A DNA stretch of 63,589 bases, the filler included, from Kipferlia bialata (Eukaryota): the NCBI GenBank assembly GCA_003568945.1. It is 4 parts of 4 records of this genome, joined end to end, with 100 filler letters (N's around TTAATTAATTAA, not from the genome) between each part and the next. Parts side by side here need not be neighbours in the genome. Positions count along the whole stretch, not along the records: positions 20,549 to 40,995 come from BDIP01000374.1; 3 more parts are not named here. The stretch is one strand, 5' to 3'. Made by a program: the position numbers and the translations under genes. The notes under the pieces are model-generated. The model was not told where the DNA came from and did no database searches. It saw only the letters and a list, made by a program, of their open reading frames with translations. Positions 23,465 to 37,489 of this stretch are shown here, piece after piece; within the stretch, counting starts at the first letter, position 1, and every line of letters begins with the position of its first letter.

Positions 23465-26400
23465 CTACATATGGTAGTCCCACAGCTTGTCCAGCAGGTG
23501 TGCCCCTGTCTCAGAGTCTCCATCTCTCTCTCCCTCCATCGTGACACTCCCCCTCACCCTCTTCTTGGCCCCACCCCCACCACTCCCTATAGTCCCTATA
23601 GTGCCTATGGGACCAGTGGGCAGAGTGCTGTCAAATGATGCTGCCCTGGATACAGACCCAGAGACTATGCCCAGCCCATCCTGCACTGACACATCCCGAG
23701 ACACCTTCTCACTCCCCCCTCTTGTGCTGTTGGACCCTGTGGTGGGGGCACCGGTGCGGCGCTGGGTCTCTTTGAGGATGTTCCATCTAGTGTAAGAGTA
23801 TAAGTGAATGAACCCGGCTATGTACACATACATAAGACATAGTGTCAGAGTGGATTAATACAGTAGCAGCACTACTCACTTGTGTGCCCTCTTTAGTTGT
23901 TTGACCAGCATGGCCTCGAAGCACCTCCTTCTGATCAGGAACACCCCGGCGTCTCTCTCTGCCTGGGTGTCAGATATACCACAGTGATCAATTCTAAGAG
24001 CGGTAGTGACACAACTAAATCTCTCTCAGTATACTTGTACATATAGAGTGCACCCGTACCTCTCTCACCATAGCATCTGACGTTATGCCTGGGACAGTGT
24101 CTCTCTCCCTCTCTCCCTGAGAGCCATCACACTCACCCTTACCACCTGGAAGTCAGTATATATAGTATCATTCATACAATGTCACGGGTATGGTCACAGG
24201 TCAGTGTCATTAGAATTAATATTATGATAGAAGTCACTATATAATACACACCTGGCAGTGTGTCTGTGACGCCTATCACACTGGAGCTGGACACCGCCAG
24301 GTCCCTCTCCAGCTGCCTCAACCGGTGCACTGCATCCATGACCTGAGAGTTAGTGAGTATTACTAAAACTATAACTATACATACTGCAAATCAGAGAAGA
24401 TATCTCATCGATGGCGTTCACACGGACATGAGTATCACCTCTGCCTTGGACCCCACCACTATGAACACATGAATACACATTTACTATACTATATTGAAGT
24501 AGTAAGACATATACCACGGGTATACTAATACTGCATGCAATACCTCAGCCTTGGACCCCACCACTATCAGTACATCGTAACAGAAGCGCTCAAGGACATA
24601 TCTGGCGGTAAGGATACAGCACCGAGTTAACAAGAACCTAGAAGGGTAAATATATGGATATATATATATATGACCATTCTAACACAGTAAAACGCACCTT
24701 GCAACGAAATTTGGGCTCAGCCACTGTGCAGTAATCACATATATACATACACACACACATATATATATACAATAAAGACTATATATCCAATGTCCATACC
24801 TGCCCACTGCATGTGGCATACTGGGCTCTGCCACAGTATAGTACTCATATATACACAAGTATATGTACATACACCATATATTCTATATATGAAACCATGG
24901 TCTATACCTCCCCACTGCGTGTGGCACACTGGGCTCTGCCACTGTATGCACACCCAGAGATACAAGGTGGGCATTGGCCCTGTTGACAAAGGATGACGTC
25001 AGATGCATACACATTACCTATTACGTATATAGTATACATATACATGAATCAACTACATGACTCTATCATCAACCGTACCCAGGTCCAGACAAGTGAGTAG
25101 CGTCCTGACCTGGGTCGCACCATGCACAGCCTGCGAGGTAAGGGAATACGCAAATTTAAGGGTATATAGAATAGGGGGGCTTAGGGTATTCGTACACAAA
25201 ATGGCCTGCTCCTACCTGCCTCCAGCACGGCTTGCACACTGGCCCCTTAATACCCAGCACTAGAGAGATGGCACGGACAAACACAAAGCGGCGAACAGGT
25301 CTAAACACCCAGGCTTGCCTGGAAGGAGTAAGACGTGACAAGTGAAATAGTATCTGTGATGATGTAAGTGGGTAATTGTGTGTACCTTCTGAAGCAGTAC
25401 TGCATGAAGGAGGCCACGTCTGGGTTGTCTGGGGGTCAGATCGTAAAACAGTATACATACAGTAGTGTTATGATTATAGAAAGACAATAGAAAGAAACCT
25501 GATACTGGTTCCTCCTCTGACCCTGTGCCCGATGCAATGACTATATACATATACTACAGTATAGTAACATAGGGGGTATATATATACTATAGTATCAGTA
25601 CCCACCTGACACCGGCTCCTCCTCTGACCCAGTCCCCGATGCAATGACTATGATCCTGTCAAAGTGGGGTCTCAGTACAGCTATGGGCACTCTGGCAAAG
25701 ACTGCGTCCAGTATGGTCTCTGCTATCACATAGACACACAGGGCACCCCCTGTCTGGAAGGCATATCTGCACAGTTAGAAGGGTAAGAGTAACACGGTTA
25801 CTTGTCACATATGTATAGAGGGACATAATATACATATACACACAGGGTACCACTAGTCTGGAAGGCATATCTGAGAAGAGCAGAGTAAATAGTATCTAGT
25901 GAGAGCCAGTAGATACCATACACAACTACGTATATCATAATTGGATTCTCCATACTCAATGTTAGGGAATGATGTGTCACTGTCTGTGAAGAACCCACAG
26001 CCGGTCAGTGTAAATAGTGTGAAGTGAAAATATATATACACTTTTACTAAAATTTACACTAGCTATCGCCGTACTCTATATCAGGAAAGGAGGTCCCTGA
26101 CACTGTGAAGCACCCACAGTCAGAGAGTGCACTCGATAGACACTCCTCCTCATACTCGTCACAGAACACAACGGCCATGGTGCCTGGGACCTAGCGGTCA
26201 GGATATACTATGCATACACTGTATATTATATATACATAGTNNNNNNNNNNNNNNNNNNNNNNNNNNNNNNNNNNNNNNNNNNNNNNNNNNNNNNNNAGTA
26301 CACTCATGTATACCCGTCACAGAACACAACGGGCATGGTGCCAGGGACCTATAGTTAGTAACATATATGAATATGCACTATACACATACATACATAGTGA

Positions 26401-28744
26401 GTATATATGTATACCCGTCACAGAAGACAACGGCCATGGTGCCAGGGATCTAAGGGGTAAATATATACTATGCATACACTGTATATATTATATACATAGT
26501 GACTATACTCGTCACAGAACACAACGGCCATGGTGCCTGGGACCTAGGGATAAATAGATATATATTAGAATACCAGGTATACATATATACAGGGCATATA
26601 TTATAGCTCTTTTATCATCCTATTACATTTTATCATTCTCTTTTAGTATATGATAACTTGATTAAGTGTGCTGCGCCCACCTCTGTCCGTATGTAGTCAC
26701 ACGGCGAGTGGCTCTGGTTGCCTGTCAAAGGAAGGGTCATGCACACCACTGTCCCATTGCCAGGGTCAGAGGCCACGCGGAAGGACCCATTGGTCATTCT
26801 GGAGATGAGGATTACACTATTGAATCATTACGTGTAAGGAGTATTAATGTAGAGAAAGAGATATGATTCCGAGGAAGCATGGTCAGATATTCAGTGCACC
26901 AACCTCATTGTCTCGAATAAGAATGAGTACCCCATCCCTATGGACTCAGTCCCATGCACACCAATGGAGACACCTGGGGTAAGGGGTGTAGGTTATATTC
27001 ACATCTACCCCAAAACTACAATTTGCAATATACCATTCACCATACCTGTTCCCTCCGTCTCCTTCTGCTCATCGTGTGCTGCATCTGTGAACCTCTGGTC
27101 ATCAGACACCTCGCCCTCAGAGTCTGAGGTGAGAATGGATATGTTCACATGTTATGTTAATGATGTAACTGGTTATATAACTAGATTGTCATCTGACACC
27201 TCGCTCTCGGAGTCTGGGGGTCATGGGTACGTATATATATACTACAACAGCGTATATGTACAAATAGGTATCTAAACATACCTGCATACATCCCGCCCTG
27301 TTCTGTCTCTGTTGGCAGGCAGTGCACGTAGCTCCTGTCACTCTCTGCATCACTGTAGTCGGAACCTTCCCTGTCCCCCTCCCCGTCCACCTGAGAGTAG
27401 GCTATAGGAACTGAATACATATATTGACTATAGAATGAATCTACTAATTCTGAAAGCCTACCTGCGAGGACACATATAGAGATAGAATTTTTGTAGGAGA
27501 GTACGTTTGAAAGCCTACCTGGGAAGATGCACTCTCGTAGTTGTACATGCTGACTCCCTCCCCGACTGCCACATCAACACCACTGCTGGACCCCTTTCTA
27601 TGCACTCTTTCTCTCTCTCTCTCCCCCTCCATGTCTGTTTCATCTCTCCAGCTGCTGTCTGTCTCCTTGCTCTTGTCAGTATCGCCACTCAGCGTAGATG
27701 ACCTGAGAATAAGAGAGAGTATATATAGAATATGAATATATATACATATAGAATTTGTGTATGTAATTAATATATCGTATATTATGTCTGTATCCTTGCT
27801 CTTGTCGGTGTCGCCACTCAGGGTGGAGGACCTAGCAGTAGAGAAGCACACTCACTGTACATATCATACACCACATTAGTAGTTACACCTTGATAGTGTG
27901 TATTCTACTACTCACTTTGATCTGCTTGAGCTAGACTCTATCTGGTATCTCCCGGGTCCCCTCATCTGCTGTCTGTGCCTCCTCAGCTTGAGGGCTAGCT
28001 CAGGGCCAACCTGGCCACGGGTGGCACCTGAGATTAATATATCTGTACGAGAGTTACAGCCAGGATGGTAGAAACACGTAGTGGGTGCACTATAACAGTA
28101 AACAAGCCTGACCTCGGGTGGCACCTAGCGATAATTATCATCAACCCTCATCCAAATGACATAGTAGGGATGGTATAGAGATGACTGTTTGAAATACAGT
28201 TATCAGTATGGAGACTATTTCCTTAGTGATGCATATATATGTCGCTACCTTGGGAAGGGCCACTGGAAAAGGCGTCACCACCACTGCTGCCTGCAGGTGA
28301 GAGAATACAATATGAGAATATATACCTATAGGTATCAAACTACAATAGTACTCCTGTTACTAGAGAGCTATATGCGTAATAGTATATCTATGTGTCTACT
28401 TTAAGATAATAATACCCACTCCTGCCATTGATCTGTGTATATAGATATGGTACGACAACAACATATATATATAGAGCATCGTGAATATTACACTGTAAAC
28501 ACAGTGTACCTACGAATGAGTGCACACTCCTGTCATCTGTCTGTAGGACAGATGCCTCCAGGGACACATCCGTCCAGGACATGGTATCCTAGGGTATTAG
28601 ATACATATGTGTATAGATACTCAACATGCATACATAGATATATGGATAGTATACATATACATGCATATGTAGGGACATATATTCTGATGCCTCCAGAGAT
28701 ACATCCGTCCAGGACATGGTGTCCTGATGGATAAGGTAAATATG

Positions 28745-28779
<35 letters not shown>

Positions 28780-31700
28780 TACGCTTGTATATTTAGAGAA
28801 CGCATTGGTTATCAGTAAAAGAACAAAGAACCAATTATCCATTCGTATACAGTACTACTCACCCCTCTGGCCCCTATTGCTGGCAGTGAACTCCCACTGC
28901 TCTGTGTTGGTAGCATGTTGAAGTTCAGCTGGGACCCCTCGACAGCAGCCCGGCCATCAGTGACACTGCCCATGGACTCTGACATGAGAGAATACACACA
29001 TATAAGAGATCATTTAGAGTGACGTCTATACATATATACATCATACTATTGTGCTCTCAGGGACACTGCCCATGGGCTCTGGGGTTAGTAATATCATTGT
29101 ATATGTATATATATCTATCAGAGAGTGAGTGAGAGAGGCATGTATATATGCAGCTGTCGGCTGTCCTCGGTCACACTGCCCATGGACTCTGCGGTTAGTA
29201 CAGTGTCAAGTACTATATTGTACACACATATATATAGGTCAACCATTATCGTGGCACTTGGTCCCACTCACCGTCTGTGACTGGTCTTGGCTTGGTAGGG
29301 GGTATGAACTTGTTGAATACCACGAAGCAGGAGTGCAACTTCTGGGTGGTCATGCCGCGGCCTGGGGTTAGATACATATATATATTGATATATACATAGG
29401 CATATATATATATATATATATATACAGAGAGAAAGAGCGAGAGATACCAGTGGTCATGCCTCGGCCTGGGGGTGAGGGATACTCATAGTGACCCATACAT
29501 GTAGATACATATATTCCGGAATATATAGAGATTGATACATGGCATAATGTTGAGGCATAGATGTATATATATATGCATATAGTATTCACAACAACAACAA
29601 CCTGTGTCAGCACCAACAGACTGTCCTTGGGGGCACATGTAGTATACTGATATGTATAGTATATATACTACATATATATATATCATCATATACCTGTATC
29701 AGCCACCACCATGTTGATGAACAGACTGCCCTTATGTATACATAGTATATATTCTTTAGTATATATTATCTATAAATTATATAGATATAGTGTATATATG
29801 TATATATACATCTACCTGTATCAGCCACCACCATGTTGATGAACAGACTGTCCTTGGGGGCACTGGTCGGGACAGCCGTGAACATGACGGTGCTTCTAAG
29901 AGTAAGAATATGTATATACTATGTACAGACACTGCTTGTTGTAAGATACTAGTGTATCATATTATGAGCACTGGTGGGGACAGCGGTGAACATGACAGTG
30001 CTCTTAGGGTGTAAGAAGGTACCTGTATAGAGATCGATAACCCACTCACTCATATATATATATATATGTACAATATCCATACCTGCTCCAGAACTGCATC
30101 TCGTGTGGCTCCTTCTCAGAGATGGTGTTGCGGAGGAATGCTCTGGGGGTTAAGCAATTACAAGAGTAACATGTATAGGACATGAACAATACATGACAGG
30201 TAAAATGTATGATAAATAACCCTGTTCCTACTCTCCACTCTAGGTACATCGTCGATGGGTGCCAGTGTATATATATACCAGTATCTATAGTGTATGTAAA
30301 CTATACATATACACATGAAAACAATCACCTACTATCCACCCTGGGTACATCCTCGATGGGCGCCAGGGTCACGTGTACAGCAACCTCACCACCACCCTGG
30401 GGTTAGACACTATATAAAACAAATGACGATCCATATGTATATTGAGAATCGATACTAGGAATAGATGCAATGCATATACATACCTCTCTCTCTGGGTCAC
30501 ATGCCAGTAGGGAGTTGGTGATGACACCCGTCAATGCCTTGAGCACAACCTGGCGTGAGACATAATCTATATGAAACCCTCATCTACAACACGTTGAAAA
30601 CACACTATGTATATATACATATGGATATGAAAGTATCCACGAATAGAACAGTGGGCAATCAATTATGTAATCTACACTCCAAGTAATCATTGAACAGCGT
30701 AAACACATTAAATATTTCCAACATAGCGATGCATTCATACCATGTAGTGCTTGAGCAGCGTGGTCTCTGGCACATTGGCATCACAATACAGGGTCAGCCT
30801 CGTGTTCTGCTTCCTAGATGGTCAGATAGAGGAAATGAAGGAAACTTTGAATCAAGTAACACAGTTTTAAGAGACATATATATGTATACCTAGCCAGTGG
30901 TTCCAGGTTGGTCACTAAGTCCTCCAGTACCGTACAGAGATTGATGGGCATGGACGTGCTGTTGTTGTGGGAGGGGTCGCCAAACACTCTCACTTGGCCA
31001 CTATCGACCTAGGGTCAGTACGAAGGCAAAGAAATCCCTTTGATCCGCTAATGTCAAAGAAACCCTTTTGTGTCCATATCTAAATGTGTGTCTGTGAACA
31101 ACTGAAAGAGTCAATACCTTCACCAGATGGTCCCCAACTACACACAAGACAGGGCCCTTGCGTCGCTGGGGGTGGGTTGTAGTGCTTAGAAACAACAGCC
31201 CTCATACACTAGTTCGATAGGTGATAGATACTCTAGAAAGACATATATTGTAACATATCATAGAGTGTTATACCCTATTGTCTCATACCTTCGGCTTCAA
31301 CGACTGTGTGAGTGCGGGCAGCATTGAGAACAGAAACACGGCATAGAAGGCCAGGAACATGGAGTGGAGGCCGCCTGTCATAAGCATATACTTACTGAAG
31401 AAGAGCCATATACCATACTATACCATATGGAGTTGGTACACATATGACAATAGTACCTGCCACCCCATTAATCAGTGCCTGTTGTTCCTCTGTCTGTCCG
31501 ACTGTGTCCCCAAACATGGCACACATGTCAAGAGAGGTATTCACTGTGAATCTGTACGGTAGATCACTCATATACCCAAACATACAATTATGGAGAGAGA
31601 GAGAGAGAGAGGTTTCGCCAAACATGGCAAACATGTCAAGGGAGGTGTTGACGGTGAACCTGGTATCATAGAGTTCCATTATATATAGAGAGGATACGTC

Positions 31701-34324
31701 ATGAGGTGTCACCAAACATGGCACCACCCATTTCGAGATACGAATTGTTAGTGGATTTGACATCGGATCAGATCAACCATGACGAACCCATATTAAGGAA
31801 GTTTAGTATACTATCCCCTAAATATGCAAAACAACATATACCTCGAGTCCATCGATGCAATGTATACATGTATACACAAGTTCATACTACTATGAATACA
31901 GACACACACACATATATATATATAGATATATATGAATTTCTAACACATATACCTCGAGTCCATGGATGCAATGGTCAGGAACCGTGACAGGAACAGAGAC
32001 TGCTGCTTCCTCTTGGACAACTGTCGGTACCTGCCCACAAAGGACCTAGGAGTAAGCATGGAGGTAAAATGGTATACACATATGATGATGCATATCACAT
32101 AGTATGCTAGTATATGAGTAGCTAGTATTTGAGTAGCGACCTGTCGGTACCTGCCCACAAAGGACCTAGGGTTGGTATATAATGACCATACTAATGTTAC
32201 CATGAACGCTATTGGTGGATTGAGTGGAATATATAATAAATCTTGTATATTGAGGTACCTGTGATTTGCCATGAGTCCGTCTGCTATCCTGAGGCCACTG
32301 AACACAACATCAATCAGGTGGGACTCGGGCTCAAGGCCTATGGTAAACAAGTGTAATCAATATAATACATTGTTATACCAATTATTAACATTTGGTTAAT
32401 GAGATATATATACACTGAACACAACATCAATCAGGTGGGACTCGGGTTCAAGGCCTGCGGTAAGGTATAAAATATATCCATTGTTACATCCTAATAACAC
32501 CACAGATAGAAGTATTGAATTCAATTGCGTACTCTCTGTGTTTGTCCCCCCCTTGGTGCCGATCAGACCTATTCTGCCAAAGAACAGACCTGGTGGTGAG
32601 ACCCAACGTATACAGACACACAGAATTAGCAGAGTCCTATCTGACTATAATAATAACTATGCCCCTTACCTATAGCGTCTGACACCAGTGACTGTGTGGC
32701 ACATACAAACAGTCCTAATGTACACAGAAGACTCATAGTCCTATAGTCCTATCTCTGACATTGTATTAAATACAATGTTCCTTACCTATAGCGTCTGACA
32801 CCAGTGACTGTGTGGCACATACAAACAGGGGCAGGTCTCTGTTGGCGGACTCAGGCACCATGGCAGACATGTGGGGGCCATAGAACAATGGCCACTAGGA
32901 TTAGAATATACTATACCTAGTACTAACAACCTATATGTATAAAATAGAGTATGAAGTGATATTATAAATACCATGGCAGACATGTGGGGGCCATAAAACA
33001 AGGGCCACTGGGGTAAGAGATACTTGAATATGTATATGCATATCACTATAGAATCTGTAAACGCATGTATTGAATCGTACCTTGGAATTGACCACTCCCA
33101 CTGGCTGACAGGCTCTGAGGTCAGATAGTTTACGGAAGCAAATATATGAAAGAACATGGTTATAGAATGTATGAAAACGGATTACAGGATAGTATATGCG
33201 TATGGTTACCTGTGGTAAGGTGGGGCTGAATATGACCACAAATAATGTATTTACATCTCCTTCAAAAAATTTACAAATACACACACACACACTGAATCAA
33301 GTCTAACCTGTAGTGTGGGAATGTGGGGCTGAATATGACCACAAACCCCCCTGACATGTCGATGGCAGGGAGGCATGATAGGAGGTCGGAGTCAGGCATG
33401 CCAGCTAGGACAGAGCCGACTAGGGGTTAGAGTGAATACACATAGCGAGAGAAAGAGAGAGAGGTAGGCAGTTGAGAGGGCCGGAGTTATGCATGCAGGA
33501 TAGGACGGCTTCGAGACATTTTTGATATCATCTTGTATACCATGCACAATGAATACACCCCACTAGTATATTGATATTTACCCACCTGACATGAGGCGTG
33601 TGATGCCACACTGCGCAGGTGTCTCAGCCACACCCTCCTCCGGTGCAACCCGGTGGGCATCGGTGGTCCTGGGGGTCAGAATGAATAGGTGTATAAATAG
33701 AGAAGACTTGTTTACATACCTAATTGCATCTATCCGCATGTCTCAGCTGCCCCTGACTTCTCTTATGTAATTGTGACACATACTACATACATGATGTGGT
33801 TATATTAGAGAATATAGTACCTGATTGCGTCCATGCCCTTGTCCCACCTCTCCCCCTCTCTCCCTCTCCCCGCCTTGCCATCTGGTCTGGGCTGGACACC
33901 AGGAGGGGGCTGAAGGTTAATACATGTTACATATCAATATTAAAGAACTGAAATCATACTGTGTCGAAATTACATATTTGTATGATACCAGTACCTGCTC
34001 CCCCTGCTGTGTGGGGCATATGGCATACACTGCCCTCTCTGCCGATGGGTGAAGCAGGGCACCAAGGAGGGAGAAGAGCTTCTAGGGGGTTAGATCTGCA
34101 GAATATACACAACGTATTTATCGTATACACAAAGAAGGATATGTTCATTAAAGAACGCATGTGTGGATATCTAGATCTGACTTAGAACAATAGATTACCT
34201 GCACCACAAATGCGTTGTCGACTGTCTGAGTTGTGAAGCATGCAAAGCAGAACTGCTGGAAGACATCAGACGCCATCTGCTTGGCCTCCACTGCTGCTGT
34301 CATGCTGGTGTGAGATAGATAGGT

Positions 34325-34369
<45 letters not shown>

Positions 34370-35059
34370 AGTCCATATATATATATATGAAGTAACCACA
34401 CACACATATATATACATGTGCACTCGTACCGTGTTGTGGCATGGTACTCCGTGGTGAGTCTGAGTCTATCCACCGTAGACCCAAGGATGAATGAGGAGGC
34501 AACGGCCTAAATATCAGAATATAGGTGAGTCTATAAATATAGAAATCATTATATTACCTCATATGCATCCCTCCCCTCATCCCCACATAGTGCACACAGG
34601 TCATGCTCAGTATCATTACAGACAGAGGCAGAGGCAACAGAGGACCTGGCACCCGCGGGGGCTGCAGGTAAGATCAATAGTTGTACTACACCATAGATAG
34701 AGGAAGGGGGTGGGCTGGTGAGTATATATGGCAGCACTCATATTTATGTAAGTATGCAGCTAGAGAGGTGGGCTCAGGGTGAGCCTGATACTACAACTAC
34801 ACTTCATAGACACAATAGCAGGTATATAGGTGTCTGTGGTATTACTATATCTTACCGTAAGAATACACTGCCATCGCTGCCTTCCTTGCAGTGATATATG
34901 TATGTATGTATATATATTTCTCTCTATATTACCATACCTTGTAATAGTGACACTGCTTCTGCTGCCTTCCTGGCTGTTATGGACTGACTCACTCTGGCAC
35001 CGGTGTCACACTCACACTGGATCTGGGGGTTATGTAATACACATTGACAACAGCATATG

Positions 35060-35093
<34 letters not shown>

Positions 35094-37075
35094 ACAATGA
35101 CTGTATGACTATTATATATGTTACTAAGTTGTACTAACTCCATACCGGATGCAGCTGGCAGGACACCTCTATCAGTCTCTGGTTGGAGTCGATCAGGAGC
35201 TTGGTGGCATGTCTGGAGGGGAGAGTCATTCACTATACGTATATATATATATATATAATATACCTATACTATCTCACTCTACCTTTACATTCCCCCACTG
35301 CAAGTGTATATGATATTTTCGCATTATCATTATATAGTCCTGTACCTGCTGGCATACACCATGACTGAGAACAGGAGCAGGCACCACGTTGGTGTATCTG
35401 TATCAGCTGATGCACCCATCTCAGGATATGCACCCACAGCTCCATACCACCCGTCCTCAACCCCATCCAAAGGCTCTAGCCCCTCTAGCCACAGACTGAG
35501 TCCATATGCAGTGACTGCAAAGGGAGACTCAAGTGCGAGTATGCCCATAATCAGCACATACACGTACATGGGGAGAGGGAACCCTCTCTCCCGAGTAAGC
35601 ATGGAGAGACAACCACAGCCTATACCCACAAGAGAGTACAGCAGGGCATGTAGTGTCGTGAATAGAGGGTCCTGGCCTGGGTAGTCTGGGGTACCACTGA
35701 CCTCCCCAGGTGCGTATGTACACGCATAGGCCATGACCTGTGGTTTAGGGGTAGCACTAGGCTTCCTCTCTCTCTTCTTCCGCTGCCTCCTCCCTGCTAT
35801 AGATGATGCTGGTATCCCACTCAGCCTGGTGTTCTCTCTCTCCATCCACATGTCTCTCTCCCTCTCCTCTCCGAAGAGTATGTAGACAGTCCTCATGAAG
35901 AGAAGACACACGTAGTGGCGCATGAAGTGGGACCAGAAGCTACAGGTGAGACATATGGTAATTGTAAAATTGTGTGATGTAGTCTATACTATATGAGTAT
36001 ATTCACATGACGTACAACTGAGCTGTGCCGGTGAGGGGTATGAAGGTGCACGTCTCTCTCTCTCCCTCTACACCCCTATCCAGTACAGTGTCTAGTAGGG
36101 TCTCTATGGAACATGGGTCATGGAAGTAGATGTCCAGATAGGCGAGGCCCAGGGCAGGGGCCACCAATACCTAGGGTTAGAAGATAGTATCAAACATATA
36201 GCAACACTTATAGTATATATATATATCTAGATAGGCAAGGACAAGGTCTAGACAGACCTCGTGAAACGCAGGACCTGCGGGGTAAAGAACACACCCAATA
36301 CTCAATTACAAAACATAATACATATATCTTGCACACGTACCATGACTCCCAGTGCATCCCTCCCAATGGAGAGAGTGTCCACAACTGGGCGAGAGGGTGC
36401 AGACTGGCCTAGCCCCTTAGTACCATATAGACATGGGACACATAAGGCAAAGAGGGATATGAACAGGACATGCACTGCGTATAGGAGTGTGCGCATGAGA
36501 GGTAGAGTGGACAGGTAGAGACATGCACCGACCAGGGCCAGACAGAAGGAGAGGCCGGAGAGGACTGGGGGTGAGGGAGGATTACGAGTCAACAGTCTTG
36601 GACAATGTCACAACCAGCAGACTATGTATATCCCAGGATTGAAGTTAAGAGGAGTGGTAGTATTCTCGTGGTATACAATATATATGGTTTAGTATATACT
36701 ATATACATACCTAATAGTAAGCTTGGTCTACTGCTCTGCCTCCCTGCCTCTCTCACTGATGCCCACAGGGGATACACCCTAGTCAGAGAGAGGAAGCACA
36801 TACTAGAGTGAGGGGGGGGAGTAGTAAGAGAGTAAGAGAGAAATAGAGGATAGGGGGACAATACTCCAGGGGGGGGAGAACACATTGGAAATATAGCACG
36901 TGTTATCGTACCACAGTGCCTGTGAGACATCTCTGCTATGCACATATACATAGTATATGTATATATACAATACTGTGGATCCTGTCGTACCACAGTGCCT
37001 GTGAGACGTCTCTGCTCTGCATGAGTATGTACACAAACACACCCATGGAGAGGGCAAGGGTCTGGGAGGGGCCTG
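23465..37075 (-). CDS. Membrane-anchored hybrid histidine-kinase-like protein (TM region - HisKA-like - HATPase_c - two receiver-like domains), phospho-sites degenerate; >35 exons, 5' end uncertain
   Basis: H-box SRFLTIASMDSR/FTVNTSLDMCAMF (31953-32045, 31457-31551); LCTVLEDLVTNLEPLARKQNTRLTLYCDANVP; N-box VLKALTGVITNSLLAC (30484-30549); GGEVAVHV; G1 VVADTG/RGMTTQKLHSCFVVF (29816-29895, 29272-29362); receiver CYDVLIVVGSKAE/VMDAVHRLRQLE...VIGVT (24252-24601); hydrophobic TM exons at 35345-36565. Confidence 0.75.
26152..26546. repeat. Four dispersed ~40-nt copies of one small exon with its splice sites
   Basis: tac(c/t)cgtcacagaa(c/g)acaacgg(c/g)catggtgcc(a/t)ggga(c/t)ct at ~26152, ~26312, ~26412 and ~26506. 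Confidence 0.9.
34329..34369. repeat. (GA)n microsatellite in intron; representative of many intronic (CT/GA)n, (TA)n and poly-C/G tracts
   Basis: Direct reading; similar tracts at 5266-5300, 20391-20435, 40945-40987 and 37412-37432. Confidence 0.9.
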
Positions 37076-37489
37076 GGTATGAGAGGGTATAGTAGTATAT
37101 GTATGTATATATATAGGGAGATAGGTAGATGGAGAGACAACGCACACCCATGGAGAGGGCAAGGGTCTGGGAGGGGTCTATATATGAGAGGGTTTGTATA
37201 TATACATAAATGAAGAGGTAGAGAGACAGTGGACACCCAGGGAGAGGGCAAGGGTCTGGGTTAGTAAGATATAGTAAGATATATACGTAGCGACACACAG
37301 ATGTACGGAGAACTAGACAAGGGGAGAGAGACAATGTAGATTGTTGAATGGGAGAAGGGTCTGTGGGACTAATAAATGAGGGGGGGAATAGTGGTATCCA
37401 GGAATAGAAACGGGGGGGGGGGGGGGGGGGGGAGGACCGAGGGGGGGGTTTGGTAACAGATGGCAAGTGGTACTACTACAACACATACC

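Noticed and set aside
26152..26546. ~40-nt repeats with spacers, superficially CRISPR-like
   Set aside because: Eukaryotic intron context, repeats are exon copies with splice sites, spacers are irregular TA-rich filler, and there are no cas genes.
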